A DNA stretch of 64,000 bases, from the NCBI RefSeq assembly GCF_024521635.1, contig NW_026250452.1, positions 1 to 64,000 of the forward strand. Direction: 5' to 3'. The notes under the pieces are model-generated. The model was given only the letters and a program-made list of their open reading frames with translations. It was not told the origin of the DNA and did no database searches. Made by a program: the position numbers and the translations under genes. Source of the DNA: Tricharina praecox. Its lineage: Eukaryota. Below, in pieces: positions 13,831-27,098 of the stretch. Within the stretch, counting starts at the first letter, position 1. Every line of letters starts with the position of its first letter.

Positions 13831-14644
13831 GTGAAGATGCTGGCTGGCGGGGACTGTCGCGACTCTCGGATCATCAGCCGGAGTAAAGGTAGGTTTCGAG
13901 CGGTGGGGAGTCTTAGTCTCGCTCGACCCTTGCCAAGAAAGTATAGCGTGCTCAGCCACACAAGAATCACGTGTTTCCTCGCTTACGCTCAGTTCTATTG
14001 AATATTTTTTTCTGTGCAAGCGTCTGGAAGGAAAAGTCCCTCTTAGACCATACATACAAATTCCCCGATAACCCCAAACCCCAAGACCACCCCCGAACGA
14101 CCCAGAAATCTTTATGACCAAATCCCGAGGACAAAATACCACCTCAGACATTGTGTGAACAACAGAAAAATTGCATAAAACCCATGAGCAACTGAGCTCG
14201 ACCAATAAATAATATCTTCACGCGCTTCGCGAGAAAAAAGCGCAAAACTCCCGATTGACCGCCAGGCTTGGACGTTAGCTAGACTTGCGACGGTGGCTCT
14301 CTTTGGTGCGGACGTCGTGATCTACTGCCGTCTATATACTAATCGCTACAGCTGCTGCAAGCAGGATACGCTCTATGGTACTGCTCTGGAACCATTAGCA
14401 CTGCTCGGAACATAGCGGTACCGCTATCGCCGCATCGCCTGGCCTATTACTGACACATACTGGCTATGGCCACTGCAGGCACGGAACACTGGGCCGTACA
14501 GCTCCGGGTCCATCACTACTGCTCGGTACACAGCGGTACCGCGCTCGCCGGATGGACTGTACTGTCCCGGGACTATCAGTACAGCTCTGGAACCATCGGT
14601 ATTGCTCGACGCCGACGTCTCTATATAACTAACTCACGACGTCA

Positions 14645-14770
14645 ATGAGACGCCGAGTGGGATCCCAACGAGCGTCTGGCCGAGAGAAACAGGTGAAAAC
14701 TGACTGAGATGTTGCAGTTTTTGGTCCTGTGGGCACTGTGAAGCAGTTTTCTACATAGACCAGTCCCGAC
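14645..14770 (-). repeat. Inverted single copy of the ~170-bp unit that is tandemly repeated at 54900-55380
   Basis: GGATCCCAACGAG.GTCT.G.CGAGAGAAACAG.TGAA.ACTGACTG.GATGT.GCAG is the reverse complement of about 55075-55135. Confidence 0.7.
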
Positions 14771-17097
14771 CAAATTCGGGTATGGTTTGGTCGGGTCGGA
14801 AGATACCCCGACCGACCAGACATAGGTCGGGATAAGCCGTGCTAGAAAGTTATACAAGTTGGAATTTGTACACTTTAAAATCACCTCTAAACCAGATTGT
14901 CCTCGCATATGGCGGCCGACATTTCCCCAATTTCCTTCACATGCGCCTGAGTCGCCGCATCCATCTCATCCCTCTGCTAGCATTTCTGTGATCTGCTAGT
15001 AATTCTGCGACGGTTGTAGCCACATTCCGGACACCCAACACTTCAAGCATTGTTGCGGTCGTCATCGAGGCATTGACACATTCCGGACGCACAACTACGA
15101 CAGAAGATTTTGCGGCTGATCAGCATATCCGTTATCCCGACGTCGGCCGACCGGCCTAGTCTATGTAGAACACAGCTTGCGACACGGATGCGAAACGGGG
15201 GTACCTACTCGATGCTGGTGGCAGTCTAGCGAAAGATCCCGATGCTGGGCCCTTTGTAATTTAAAACATGATCACGGCAGGAAATACTCAAGCTCCGAAA
15301 TACCGTAAAACCGGTTTCGGCATGCAATTTCATCCGTAGCGCACCTTGCCCGCAAGTTGCTGAACTTGCCGGGACCGAGACGACATAGAAAAGTGACGCG
15401 TTTTCTCGCTCTCCACTCGCTCCCGTGGGGGGACGTTAACGGCACGGAAACAACGCTGCGACCGGATGCGGCTCCGCGACCGCGATCAGTTCACGCTAAG
15501 CGAAGGAGGTCCGAGTCCCGACGCCGAGCCGGCTGCTTCCGGAGCTGGCTTTCGCGATGTCGCAAAAGAAGACGGGAAAAAGAGAGCGGACAGAGTGGGG
15601 AGTTGTCGTGATCACCAACTACGCAGTGGAGTCGCATCGTCTGCTGAAACATGCGCCCCTTTCGTGTACTTATGTGGGTATGTAGGAATGTAGATGCTGG
15701 GTGCAGCGCACGAAGGAAAACAACGAAAGAAACGTGCAGCGACGAGGGGAACTGAGCCGAGCAGTCAGGAGTGCAGCGAGCAGTGGGTATCGCTGATGCA
15801 TGGAGTTCCATGTTGGTTGGTTGCATAGCCCAGCATTTTTCGGTGCGGCAGCCAACGAGCGCGGTTCAAGGTTGGCCATGCACACACGCACATGGAGTAT
15901 GCACACAGCTGCAAGGCCGAGGAGGCAAACTTGGTGGGAGGGGGAGGAGGGGGCGATCGCTTGTTTCATCGTGTTTATCGGCTGAACAGCCCACTCCGGA
16001 TCCCGAGAAGAGGGCGCGCTGATTGGGCGGGACGACGGGTGAAGGTAAAATGCCAGTCGTTATCGTTATGAAGAGCACTCTATTCTACCGGACGAGAGTT
16101 GGGTACCACGGAATACGGGAGTTTCATGTGTAGGCTGGGCGATGGCGAGGACGGGGATCTCCGTGCTGTGCAGTACTCGAATACGAGTAGGATATAGGGG
16201 TCGTTATGATGAACCGAAGGGCATGCGCACGAGAGGCGGAGCTGGCGATGGCTTCGTCGAGTCGTTGCGCAGGGCAGGCTGAGGACCATCGCGGGCTGAG
16301 CCTTGTCGTGTGTCATCCTTTAGAGCAACTCTACTCTTCTCTAGGGCAGCTTGCCACGCAGGGTCTCTCCGGTGGCCCGCCCCAACCGCAGCTCGATTCT
16401 TGACTAAGCGCTCTGGCCGAAGCTAAAGAATGTTCCGCCGCCCCCGACGACGTCTGGCGCCGTTTCATGTCCGCGCCTGGCCGCGTGGGGCGTAGCGGCA
16501 GTGAACCCTTTTCCGCCTGCATCGAACCCGCTAACCAACCACTGCTGCGACCGGGATTCCCGGTAATCGGGCAGAGAGAGTGCTTGCCTACACACATCAT
16601 CCCTCTGCACCCTCTTCCTTTCTCTTCTCTTCACTCTGCTGCTCGCTCTCTACCGACAATCGCTCTTCCCTTCCTTTTCTGTACTTTCTTACGGCTCCTT
16701 CGTTGATCGGACCCCTCCTCATCTGCTGTACTTCGCATCTCGGTAGATCCGGTTCTTCGCATTCGCTCTCTTCGTCCGCTTCTCGCCTTGAAGTACCGTA
16801 GTATCGTACGACCGATTCGGTGGGTTCAATTCTTTTCTAACAAAAACTTCGCTTCTTCCCTACCTTGTTTCGCGACTCGATTCTACCCTCATTCTCTTCT
16901 CTTGTCCTCGTCTGATTTGGTTGCTCTAGCACTAAACGAACATCAACAAACAGAAAGGAAAACACACTGGTCTCTGGAGACTGCTTCTTTCTCACACTCG
17001 ATCTTTCACACATTCACTTCAACCACCAACTACTTACCACATCTACCACACACATACCCCATACCGTCACTTCCTCAACAATACAAACAACATCAAA

Positions 17098-17793
17098 ATG
17101 CGTGCCACCATTTTCGCAACCCTCTTCTTCGCCGTCGGCATTTCTACAGTCGTCGCCGCTTCTTCGTTCAGCCTGAACAAGATGGAGCCCATCACCGAGT
17201 CTGAGGTTCCCGAGGACTGCTTCAAGGTCTACGAGTCTGGGATCTCCGCTTGCGGCACCAGTTCCACGCCGTCGTGCACCACGGAGTGTACCAACTCGCT
17301 TCTCGCCCTCGCCAGCGACATCCAGCTCGCCTGCGCCGACGCCTTCGTTGGCATGGACTCGCTCCTACGCCGCACCGTCGACGGCGGTCTTCTCCAAGCG
17401 GTCTGCGCGTCCTACGAAGCCCCCTCGGAGATCGTCGACAGTACAATGGAGGCGTCGAATATCATCCTCTCGACTCTATACCCGGAGCCCTCGACCGCGA
17501 CGAAGACCGGCACTGCCGAGACCGTCCCCACGTCCATCGCTTTCGACTCCGCCGAGGTGACCCTCGTCTCCAGCACGAAGACGTCCGTCGCCTCGACCGG
17601 AGGCCTCGCTGTCGACCGCGCCCCGTCGCCGACCGCAGGCCTCGCCTCCGGCAGCCTCGACGCGCTGTTCGCGAGTGCTACCGCGTCATCCTTCCCGTCG
17701 GCGGAAGCTGACAGCGCAGGAGCAGCGAACACAGTCTCTTCCTTGACGCTCCTGGTGGTTATCGGGATCGTGGCCGTGGCAGCGAGCGTGTAG
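17098..17793 (+). CDS. Secreted Cys-rich, Ser/Thr-rich, probably GPI-anchored surface protein (231 aa)
   Basis: Intronless ORF with good start context (CAAAATG). Hydrophobic N-terminal signal, six Cys in the N-terminal domain, Ser/Thr/Ala-rich stalk, small residues (DSAGAA) then a hydrophobic C-terminal tail. Confidence 0.88.
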   Translation: MRATIFATLFFAVGISTVVAASSFSLNKMEPITESEVPEDCFKVYESGISACGTSSTPSCTTECTNSLLALASDIQLACADAFVGMDSLLRRTVDGGLLQAVCASYEAPSEIVDSTMEASNIILSTLYPEPSTATKTGTAETVPTSIAFDSAEVTLVSSTKTSVASTGGLAVDRAPSPTAGLASGSLDALFASATASSFPSAEADSAGAANTVSSLTLLVVIGIVAVAASV

Positions 17794-19134
17794 TACACTC
17801 TCGAAGTCTATGTTTACGGATATGTCGCTTTCTGGATGGTATATTGGCTTTCTGGTCCTTTGTACTAGGTAATAATTCGCGCTGGATGGCTGAATGGAAT
17901 GGTAGCTTAGAGTGGGGGAGACGGGAATAGACGCGTGATACTGGCTGCTGCTTGGGAATTGTTGTTCGTGAAATTGGAAGTGCTGGCTGTACATCGATAT
18001 GTGAAACGTGATACCCGTGATAATACCCACTGTTATACCCATCGTGCTACCCATCGTACTACCGTAGGAGATAAACGAGGAACCGGAGACCGCCGAGTCC
18101 GGAGCGAAATTCGGAGTTCGGAGTTCGGAAATCTCAGCGGCAGCCTACAGCTGCGCTCAGATCCTCGAGATACGGGATTCGGGACTCGGAAAGATCGCTT
18201 CCGGGCCGTGCGCCGGTTATACAAAACCTCAAAACTCCGCATGACCGGGGATAGGAATTAACTTCACGACAGGGTACTCTAGGTCGCACATCTAGGCGAC
18301 CGCCGCCGCCGGCAAGTAGCACCGGGTATAAACTCAACTCAACTCTAAATTCTAATAGGAAGCTCGTCTCGGCTCGTCTTGGCCCCGGCACCTGGCACTA
18401 GGCCCCGGCACCCGATGAAAAGGTGAGGTGAGGTGAGGCGGCGAGGTAGGGCTGTGGCGTTCGGTCCCCTTGCTCGCCTTGGTTCCCATGCGCAACCGGG
18501 TCCGAGGTGTTTGGGTTCATGTTTGTGCTCGAATACCAGTCCGCTGTGAGCGTTCGAATACTCGTCCCCTAATGGTGTTCTAGTACCAGTCCGCGGTCCC
18601 TGTGCGAACACCCCGTCGCTGTCCGCGTGCGAATAACAGTCCTCTATTCGTGTGCGAATACGAGTTCCCCCTCCCTCCGTGCAAACACCACTGCGAGTTT
18701 ACGGCGAGCGTAAGCTTACATTGGTGAAGACTTACCCAAGTGTCTGTGCATCACCCCCGGCTGGATTAACTACAGCACGGTTATGGCACGTGAGTAGTCC
18801 TTCACGCCCTTCCGGTTCCACCGTTCCGATTGCGCGTTTACGCTGAGGGTAAGGGACTGAGGCCTTTGGGACCCGGGCTGTAACTACAACTACTAACTAT
18901 ACGGTAGTAGAACTCGCTCGGAGTCGCTCTTGGTGCACGAGCACGGTTAGAGGTTGTGAATGTACTGGGCATGTCGTTGGACGTCAATGTACCAGCTACC
19001 TGCCACCTATACTGATCCATGAAGAGAAAAGTGTAATACTTGAACCGGTTTACTATACTCAGAGAATCCAGTGTATCGTACCGAGAGCAGGAACTCGGAG
19101 GAAGGAACATTCTGTGCAACACATTTCACGTGAC

Positions 19135-19520
19135 TCCGCGATCGAGTGATATATTGAGATCTTGCATTGAGGAAGAGCAATTTTTGTGCCCGCACAATAG
19201 ACCTTCAAAGTTGTAAGTACAGACTACATGGTGGACAAGTAACGAGTGATGATTTCATCGCGTAGGCATATTAGCAGGCGTTTGAGTATGCATCTCTTTG
19301 CGGACGAATACCGAATGACTTAATCGTGTGCTCACGGTGGCAGGAGTTTCGAGTTCGGATGACGTTACAGCCGAATACCAGTTGGCTTGATCGAATCTTC
19401 ACAGTGACAGTTTCTTCATTTGATACGCAGTAGTTCCTGGACGAACAAGGAATGACTGAATCATGCCGGCACGGTAGCAGGCATTCGAGTACGGAATAAC
19501 TCATGAGGGAATACCGAAGA
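19135..19520 (+). repeat. Diverged copy of the ~60-bp (TACTTCGTGGACGAATA) tandem-repeat family
   Basis: GAGTGATATATTG.GAT leader and GGACGAATACCGAATG.CTTAATCGTG.GCTCACGGT units, as at 26850 and 42655. Confidence 0.55.
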
Positions 19521-19556
19521 ACCTCAAGATCTATCCAGCGCTGGACCTAAGTAGTG

Positions 19557-19975
19557 GAGAGAGAGAGATTATTAGTTGATTCTGCATACAGCCTATCTAG
19601 AATATGGACAACCAAGCACTCTATTCATACCCACTCCGGCCGGACGGGGTGCAGACGCCTCTACCGCCCAGCACGATGTGGCGCTGCTGCGGGGCTGTCT
19701 ACCAAGACAATTACGTAGGAAATAAAACCAGTATATGTATCGCACTACGAGCAGACAATCAGATATCTTCGTTCCTCAAATCCCTGCACAGGCCGCAAAC
19801 ACAGTATCCTGCTGGGCACTCTTGTTCTGCTGCCGGCACGATGCTTCGCTTTCATCCTGCTCCCCCAGCGTGCTCTACGTCAAGCGGAGCTATCCATCCT
19901 GCATCCGTCGATTGCGAGGAACACTACACGGTTCTCATCGTTGAACCGCTCATCGGCGAACAAATCGCTCGATGT
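19557..19975 (-). mobile_element. Degenerate 3' fragment of a LINE (non-LTR retrotransposon)
   Basis: (AG)n run plus CAGCCTATCTAGA end motif. Encodes SDLFADER, matching the 26180-26801 copy, and shares a CCTGCT.GGCACTCTTG.TCTGC block with it. Confidence 0.7.
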
Positions 19976-19989
19976 GCGAGGGATGACGG

Positions 19990-20345
19990 AAGCCTCGACG
20001 GCAGTGACAGGCCTCGACGGCAGTGGCAGGCCTCGACGGCAGAGACAAGCATCTACAGCATAGTCAGCCTCGACGGTCGAAACAGGCCTCGACGATAGAA
20101 ACAGGCCTCGACGGCATAGACAGGCCTCGACGGCATAGACAAGCCTCGACGGTAGAGAGATATGCCTCGACGGCAGAAGCAAGCCTCGACGACAGAAACA
20201 AGCCTTGACGGCGGGTACAAGCTTCGACGACAGAACCAAGCCTTGACGGCGGGTACAAGCTTCGACGACAGAACCAAGCATTGACGGTGGGTACAAGCTT
20301 CGACTGCAGAGACAGGCCTCGACGGCAAAGACATGCCTCGACGCT
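19990..20345 (+). repeat. ~19-20-bp minisatellite GCCTCGACGGCAGAGACA(A/G), ~18 units
   Basis: Tandem units read directly. Confidence 0.9.
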
Positions 20346-22052
20346 CCGTCAATTCATTTCGCCGCACCGCGTAGGGTCTTACTTGCAGTTCTTCGCCGCT
20401 CGCCCTTCATCTCTCTCCCTCTCCCTCCTTTATAATTCACTAGAAATACCCACTCTTTCCCACTTCCTCACTCTCACGCTCCATTCTTCATCATCCACCA
20501 CCAACTTCCTCTATCTACATCTCTCTCTCATTAGCTCTACCATCCTCTCAACCATTGACTTCGTCTCTCTACCTCCCGAACGGGACCGCCCCGTGCTTGA
20601 TACATGCGCACATTCATTTACTACCACCCCTTCCACCACTATCTGCGACAATTTGAACCATTCCCTCGGCCCCTACCCCCCCCCCCCCCCCCCCTCCTCA
20701 CTACCCCACCAACATCCCATCAACCTCATCACACACTCTCCCCATCCGTTCTATCACACCAACATCCCCATCAACCTCACTCAACTCCTTTCCCTGATTA
20801 CTACCCCACCAACATCCCACCAATCTCATCCTGCTTTGCCCCCCTCCTCCCAACCCCACCATGAATCGTACGACATGCTCCTGCAGCTCACCACCTCACA
20901 ACTAAAAAACGATTCAAACCGAACACCACAAAGCACACACTATCACGCAGATATGTGCCCCAGCCGAACCGTCCTCTTCTCAGCTCTGCTTCAAAGCCTC
21001 CAGCCACCTCCTCGACAGCCATCACCAACCCAGTCGATTCCATTACCGACGACTTCGTCCTCCTCCTCTCTCTACCCCCCATCGCCGGTACTCAAAGAAA
21101 CGGAAACGTTGCAGCGAGCTTCGAGACTGCTGGTATGCCACCGCGGGGCGCCTCGTCATCTACACAGATGCATAGCTCGGTGCCTATTCTTCCGTGACGG
21201 AACTAGCCAGGAGATCCGACTGGTGGCTGCTAGAGAGAAGAAGTAATCCATGAGGAGGTGGAAGGCGTGGAGGATGATATCGAGTCAAGAACCGGCGGTG
21301 CCTACTCTTCAGTGACCCAAACAGTCACAAGATCCGATCTGGTGACTGTTAGGGAGCAAAAGCAGCCGATGAGGAGGAGGAGGACGTGGAGGGGGAAGAT
21401 GTGGATAGTGAAGAAGAGGAATTTGTTTAGAGCTGAAGGAGTTGTTATTTTTCTTGCCTACTTGAAAGGAGACGATGATATCAAGGAGCCATAGGAAGTT
21501 AAACATTGACCTTCCACCTGGAGGAGGAGGAGGTGGAGGCTAATAAGGTTTAGAGCTGAAGGAGTTGTTATTGTTCTTGCTTTCAATTTTATCGCAGATG
21601 ACTGCATCCTAATGACTGTGTATTATTTCGCGCTCGTCGCGACGCAACACCTGTAGTAGTCTCGTAGCCAGCCTGGTTTTTACATAGTCCAGTCTAATCC
21701 ATTCTATCACGGTCGATCGACGGAAGTAGACTAAAAAAACAATCTTACGAGCACAAACCCCCGTTTTAGATTTGTATCGCTCTGGCTACTGCTACTCGCC
21801 ACACGTGCTCCCCTTCGCACCACACAAACCGAACATCCTCGGTCGGACTGGATGTTTTATTGTCGACTACCTTAAAACATCACTCACAGCGATGGTGCCG
21901 CAGCAAATTGGATGCCGTAGGTGCATTGAGCGCTTAAACGTCCACACTGGACGTACTCCAGCCAATGCAAAAGGGTCACCAGCCGCTACTCGGAGCGATG
22001 TAGTGTCCCGGCGCAGCCAACGAGCGCAGGTTGACATCATGATGTACGTCTA

Positions 22053-22170
22053 AAGAGAGAGAGATGATGAAATGATTTCGCACGCAGCCTATCTAGACTA
22101 TGTCGAACCGTCTCACTGGTTTCCTGCCCCTCAAGCCGGTTGGTGAAGGGAGCTCGCTGCCGGCGGTGCT
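22053..22170 (-). mobile_element. Very short LINE 3'-end fragment
   Basis: AGAGAGAGAG...CGCAGCCTATCTAGAC end motif shared with the other LINE copies. Confidence 0.55.
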
Positions 22171-22224
22171 GTGCATCTTGGGCAGCGCTTCACGGGTGTT
22201 CAAGTGATGCACGTTTGACTACGC

Positions 22225-22722
22225 AAGCCTCGACGACAGAGAACAGGCCTCGAGGGCAGAGAACAGGCCTCAAGGGCTAAACAGCCCTCGACGGCACAGA
22301 CCGGCCTCGACGGGAGAAACAGGCCTCGACGGAAGAAACAGCCCTCGACTATAGCTAAAGCCTCGACGGCAGATACAAGCCTCCACGGCAGAGTGCGTGC
22401 CTCATCGGTAGAGAACAGGCCTCGAGGGCAGAAACAGCCCTCGACGGCACAGACAAGCTTCGACGCCAGGGACCGGCCTCGACGAAACAGCCCTTGACGG
22501 TAGAGACAGGCCTCGACGGCAGAGAACAGGCCTCGACGGCACAGAACGGCCCTCGACGGCAGAGAACCGCCCTCGACGGCAGAAAACCGCCCTCGACGGT
22601 AGAGACAGGCCTCGATGGCTGAGACCAGCCTCGATGGCTGAGAGCAGCCTCGACGGCAGAAACAGGCCTTGACGGCAGAGACCAGCCGCGACGGCAGCTG
22701 CGAGCCTCGACGGTAGAGACAC
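22225..22722 (+). repeat. GCCTCGACGGCAGA minisatellite, ~26 units
   Basis: Tandem units read directly. Confidence 0.9.
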
Positions 22723-25304
22723 AAGCAGTCGCAACGCTACGGCAATTCAATTCCACGCACCGTGTTGGATTTTAGCCGCAGATTTTCGGCGCTCGCCCCT
22801 CCTCTCTCTCTCTCTCACTCCTTTATCATCCACCAACAACATCCTCTCGCTGTATCCCTCATCTTACGACTCAATCATCACCTTCCTCTCTCTCCCTCTC
22901 CCTCCTTTATAATCCACCATCCACATCCTCTCGCTGTGTCCCGCTTCTTAGTACTTCGTCGTCACCTTCCACAATCTCCTTCCACTTTCTACCTCCTTCA
23001 CCATCAACTTTGTACCTCTTCCTCTCCATTACCCCAAAGTCATCTAGACGATAACCGCTCAACGCTCGACGCAACTAAAAACCATCTAACGAACATAACT
23101 TGACCCCCGGCGAAACACGCAAGAAGATTTCCGGAGGCGATCGCCCCGCGCGCAAGAAGCCCCGCCAGGCTCGGGACAGCACGGATCCAGAGTCGGAGAG
23201 CGACTGCGATTCTCCTTACACCGGGCAATACAACTACGACGAAGCTCGACCACGTTGGGGGTGGCTGTTGGGTTGCAAGAAGACCACCCTGGCCTGCGGG
23301 CCCCGGTGCCCGCATAGTTCAATAGCCCAGAGCCAGCATCGAGCTACGAAAGATGGAACGGGAGCTGGAACTGATGAAGAAGCAGTTCCAGAATGAATAC
23401 GGAGTCAACCATGACGCTGTCACCTCCGAGTAACCGCGGAGAGGCGAGTCTGCTTCCGTGGTTCAGAACAGAGCCACGTCAGTCACCGAGCACATGAATC
23501 CGAGATGGAGGAAGAGGGAGAAGAGGAAGGCGCGTGCTCACGCGAAAAGAGCATGGCTCCCATTGCTGGGGCGGAGAAGAAGAAGGCGATGAAGACGGGG
23601 GGGCAGTGGTTGGGGACGAGGTAGAGGTGGAAAAGGTGGCGGACAAGAAGAAGGCGATGAAGGCGGGGAGCAGTGGTTGGGGACGAGGTAGAGGTAGAAG
23701 AAGTGGAGGATAAGGAAGAGGGAGTGGTTTACAGCTGGAGTTGTTATTTTGTTGTCAACTATATGCGTTCAAAATTCAGCTTCGAGCATGTAAGACGGGG
23801 AGGATGACGTGGAAGAGGACGAAGATGAAGAGTTTTTGAGCTGGAGGAGTTGTTATTGTTCTTGATTTAATTTTACCGCAGATAACCGCATTCTCAATGA
23901 CGTTGTACCCTTTCAGGCTCGTCGTGACCATATTATGCTCGTAGGCTGCCATTTTTCACCATAATCTAGTCCAAAGTTCTCGTCGGTCCCGACGATTTCA
24001 CCTGCAGGGCTTCGTTTCCCCGTCTACCTATCCCACCATTAACATCCTCTTCCTCCCTCATCTTTCTTCCAAATGCACGATCGACTTCATCTTTCCACCT
24101 CCCCCTCCTTCCTACCCCACCATCAACAACCTGGACGATCACTCCACACCGCTCAAAGCAACGAAGACCCACATAGCCCACCAAATCAATGTACAGACAT
24201 GAACTGAAACTATGGCTTCCACCAGGATCATACCGACAGCACACCGGTCATCCCCTTACCCGCTCGGCCTCAGATTACAGCGGCACCTCCTCCACGACCT
24301 TCACACAAGATACCCGATACCGTTACCGACGATTGCCACCTTCAATCTTGGCCTTCCTGGCGCTACCGGCCACCAGCTTGGCGATTGAGGACGACGCGCG
24401 TAACGCCGACAAGCCAGCGGCTCCCCCGCCCAGCAAGCAGGTGCAAACACCAACAGCCACTAGAGCCGCCCGGTTAGCTACTGGCGAAGACGAGGAACAC
24501 CGGATGTGAGACGAAGGAGAAGAGGAGGATGAGGAGGAAGGTGAACCCTCCTTCCCGAACGACCAGGGTGAGGAAGGTGAAGTGGAGGAGGATACAACCG
24601 GCAAGAACGGTCGCCCTGAGCGTAAGAAGCCTTGCCAGGCGCCGGCCCGCAAGGTGCTACTAACGTGGAAAAAGAAGACGACGTATCGTGCGGAGAAGAT
24701 GATTAAGAAGAAGAGGAGGACGAAGACGATTAAGACGAAGCGGGAGAAGAGAATAATCCAGACGAAGAGGAAGACGTGGCGAATGAGGAAGAGCAAGGGG
24801 TTTAGAGCTGAAGTTTTTGTTGTTTTTCTTGTCTTCTTGCAAGGAGTCGAAACAATCCGAGAACAGATGGGTGCAATCTTCAACGTAGAGCATGATATCG
24901 TATTGTTGCTTTGCATTTTATCGCAGATTACTGCGTCCTGGTTCCTGAATGACTTTGTACCCTTTCAAACTCGTCGTGACCGAATACAGATGTATAGTAG
25001 GCGCACAGGCAGCCAGTTTTCTAGATACTACAGTCCAGCCTTCCCGACGCCTGGACGGAACTGTAATACAGTCATCCAGTACGTCTGGGGGTGTCTGCTG
25101 GAAGTTCTACTCCACCCGTCAGTTCCCATGGTAGGGATCGCAGTCGACTGCCAACACGTGTACACGTAAAACGGAAGAAACATAAGGGGACACGATTCAT
25201 ATGAGAGAAAGCTCAGGCATCCACACGGACTACGTAGAACGCAATTGCCATGGATCTCGAACAGCGCGTCACGGGTGATCAAGAGATGAGTGCATGACAA
25301 CGCT

Positions 25305-25515
25305 AGCATCGACGGCAGAGACAAGCCTCGACGTCAGTTACAAGCCGCGACAGTAATGACGAGCCTAGAAGGTAGAGACAAGCCTCGATGGCAGAGAAAA
25401 GCATCGAAGGCAGAAACAAGCTTTGACGCCAGAGACAAGCCTCCACGGTAGCAACGGGTCTCGACGGCAGAGTTAAGCTTCGACGGCAGCAACAGGATTC
25501 GACGGCAGAGACATG
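25305..25515 (+). repeat. GCCTCGACGGCAGA minisatellite, ~11 units
   Basis: Tandem units read directly. Confidence 0.85.
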
Positions 25516-26179
25516 CTCCGGCGGAAGCGACACAAGCAGTAACGACGCTACAGGTATTCAATTCCACGCACTGATTAAAGTTTTCCCTGCAGGTTTTCGC
25601 CGATTCCCCTTCCTCTCTCTCCCGCTACTTTCTGCTCACTCCACAATCCACTTCTACTTTTACCGTTTCTCTCTCGATTACCCCACGTCAATAGACGATA
25701 ATATCCCACCGCTCGACGCAACTACAAACCATATAACCCACCACAACTTGACAGCTCACAAGGATCACTTCCGCCATCCGTTCGTAAGCTCTGACCTTGC
25801 TGGCCTGGTTGGTATTGCCAGTGCCTTATCCCTGATTTTGTCCACTCCACTGACGAGAAGGGTGACTAGGTTACGGTCGGATCTGTGTTTTTGTTTCTTT
25901 CAATTTTTTCGCAGATAACTGCATCCTCAATGATTTTGCAACATTTCAGGCTCGTCGTGACTCGTGACACAATCTTTATAGCAGGCTCGTAGACAGCCAG
26001 TGGCCCGGTGTTCTTGATAGTACGTTCCAGCCCAGTCTTTCCCGACTAAATGAAACACCGTGTGAAAGGAGTAGAGCCGCCCGCCACCACTAACTAACCA
26101 CGCCGTGAAACCACCATATACACCTCTCCTCACGATATCGAGGCTTACGAAGACGCAATACCATCCGGGGAGCCTGATC

Positions 26180-26801
26180 AGAGAGAAATCTCCCTGTTTT
26201 ATCTCGCATGCAGCCTATCTAGACCATGGCGACCCCACGACCTCCGTTCCTGTCCGCCCTGACCAGTCGAGGTGAAAGCCCCGGTACCGACCAGTCCGAT
26301 GAGGCGCACCACCTTCCCTGCCCATCCGCCTCGGGCCGACACAAGTAACAATTATATTGACAGTAAAGACCGGTATGGGCCCACATGCCCGCTCCTCCTG
26401 CTGCCCTTCGCCTCGCTTCCCCGTCATTTGCTTCCCCTCTAGGACCTATCATCGAGTATCCTCCTCTCCCACGTCCTCGCATCGGCTGCAGCTGCAGTAC
26501 CCTGCTTGGCACTCTTGCTCTGCCCCCGATGCGATGCTTGCTTCCTCCTCATCCTCCTCCTCCAAGTCTTCTAAAGCTCTTCTCTGGACATCTCTGGTTA
26601 CTAGATACTCCAGGATTACCTCGCTGCACCGCTCGTCGGCAAACAACTCCGCTATCGACCACTTCTCTTTCCTTCTCTCCGTCTCCTTCCGGACCTTTGC
26701 GCACAAGGCTTTCCGTTGACTTGTCCACCGTAGGAAGTTTTTGAATAGACGCTCACGGGACAGCTCAGTAGGGCTGTTGCACCACCAGCAATGATCGTCA
26801 T
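26180..26801 (-). mobile_element. 5'-truncated Tad1-like LINE with ~16-bp TSD
   Basis: Minus ORF CWWC...SRERLFKN.LRW...WSIAELFADERCSEVILEYL resembles the degenerate C-terminal zinc-finger region of fungal LINE ORF2. Flanked by TCCGG(G/A)GAGCCTGATC at 26164-26179 and 26802-26817. An uninterrupted paralogous site lies at ~42385-42415. Confidence 0.82.
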
Positions 26802-26849
26802 TCCGGAGAGCCTGATCCATGGATAGTGCTTTTCACGAAACTATGTGAT

Positions 26850-27098
26850 TGAGTGATATGCTGTGATAATGCTACCCGGATGAGCTGTTCTCGTACTCTC
26901 ACAGTCTCACTGTAGTAGGCTTTAAAGTACGAAATACTTCGTGGACGAAGAATATGTGTCGTAATTGTTCCGGCACGGTGGGCTATTCGAGTGCGGACTA
27001 CTTCTTGGACGAATAACAGAAGGCGTAATCGTGCGCTCACGATAGTGGAAGTAAGGAATACTTCGTTGACGAATTCCAAACGCCCGTATGATCAACCT
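26850..27098 (+). repeat. ~60-bp tandem repeat block (TACTTCGTGGACGAA units)
   Basis: Three units; collinear with 42655-42915. Confidence 0.75.

Noticed and set aside
18275..18302. Hairpin GGTCGC-N8-GCGACC next to CTAG as a Helitron end
   Set aside because: CTAG overlaps the stem, and no matching 5' end or empty site was found
20281..21246. 321-aa ORF as a gene
   Set aside because: Non-ATG start; runs through a minisatellite and pyrimidine-rich repeat block; low complexity
19990..22722. CRISPR-like arrays
   Set aside because: Units are contiguous 19-20-mers without unique spacers; eukaryotic context with no cas genes
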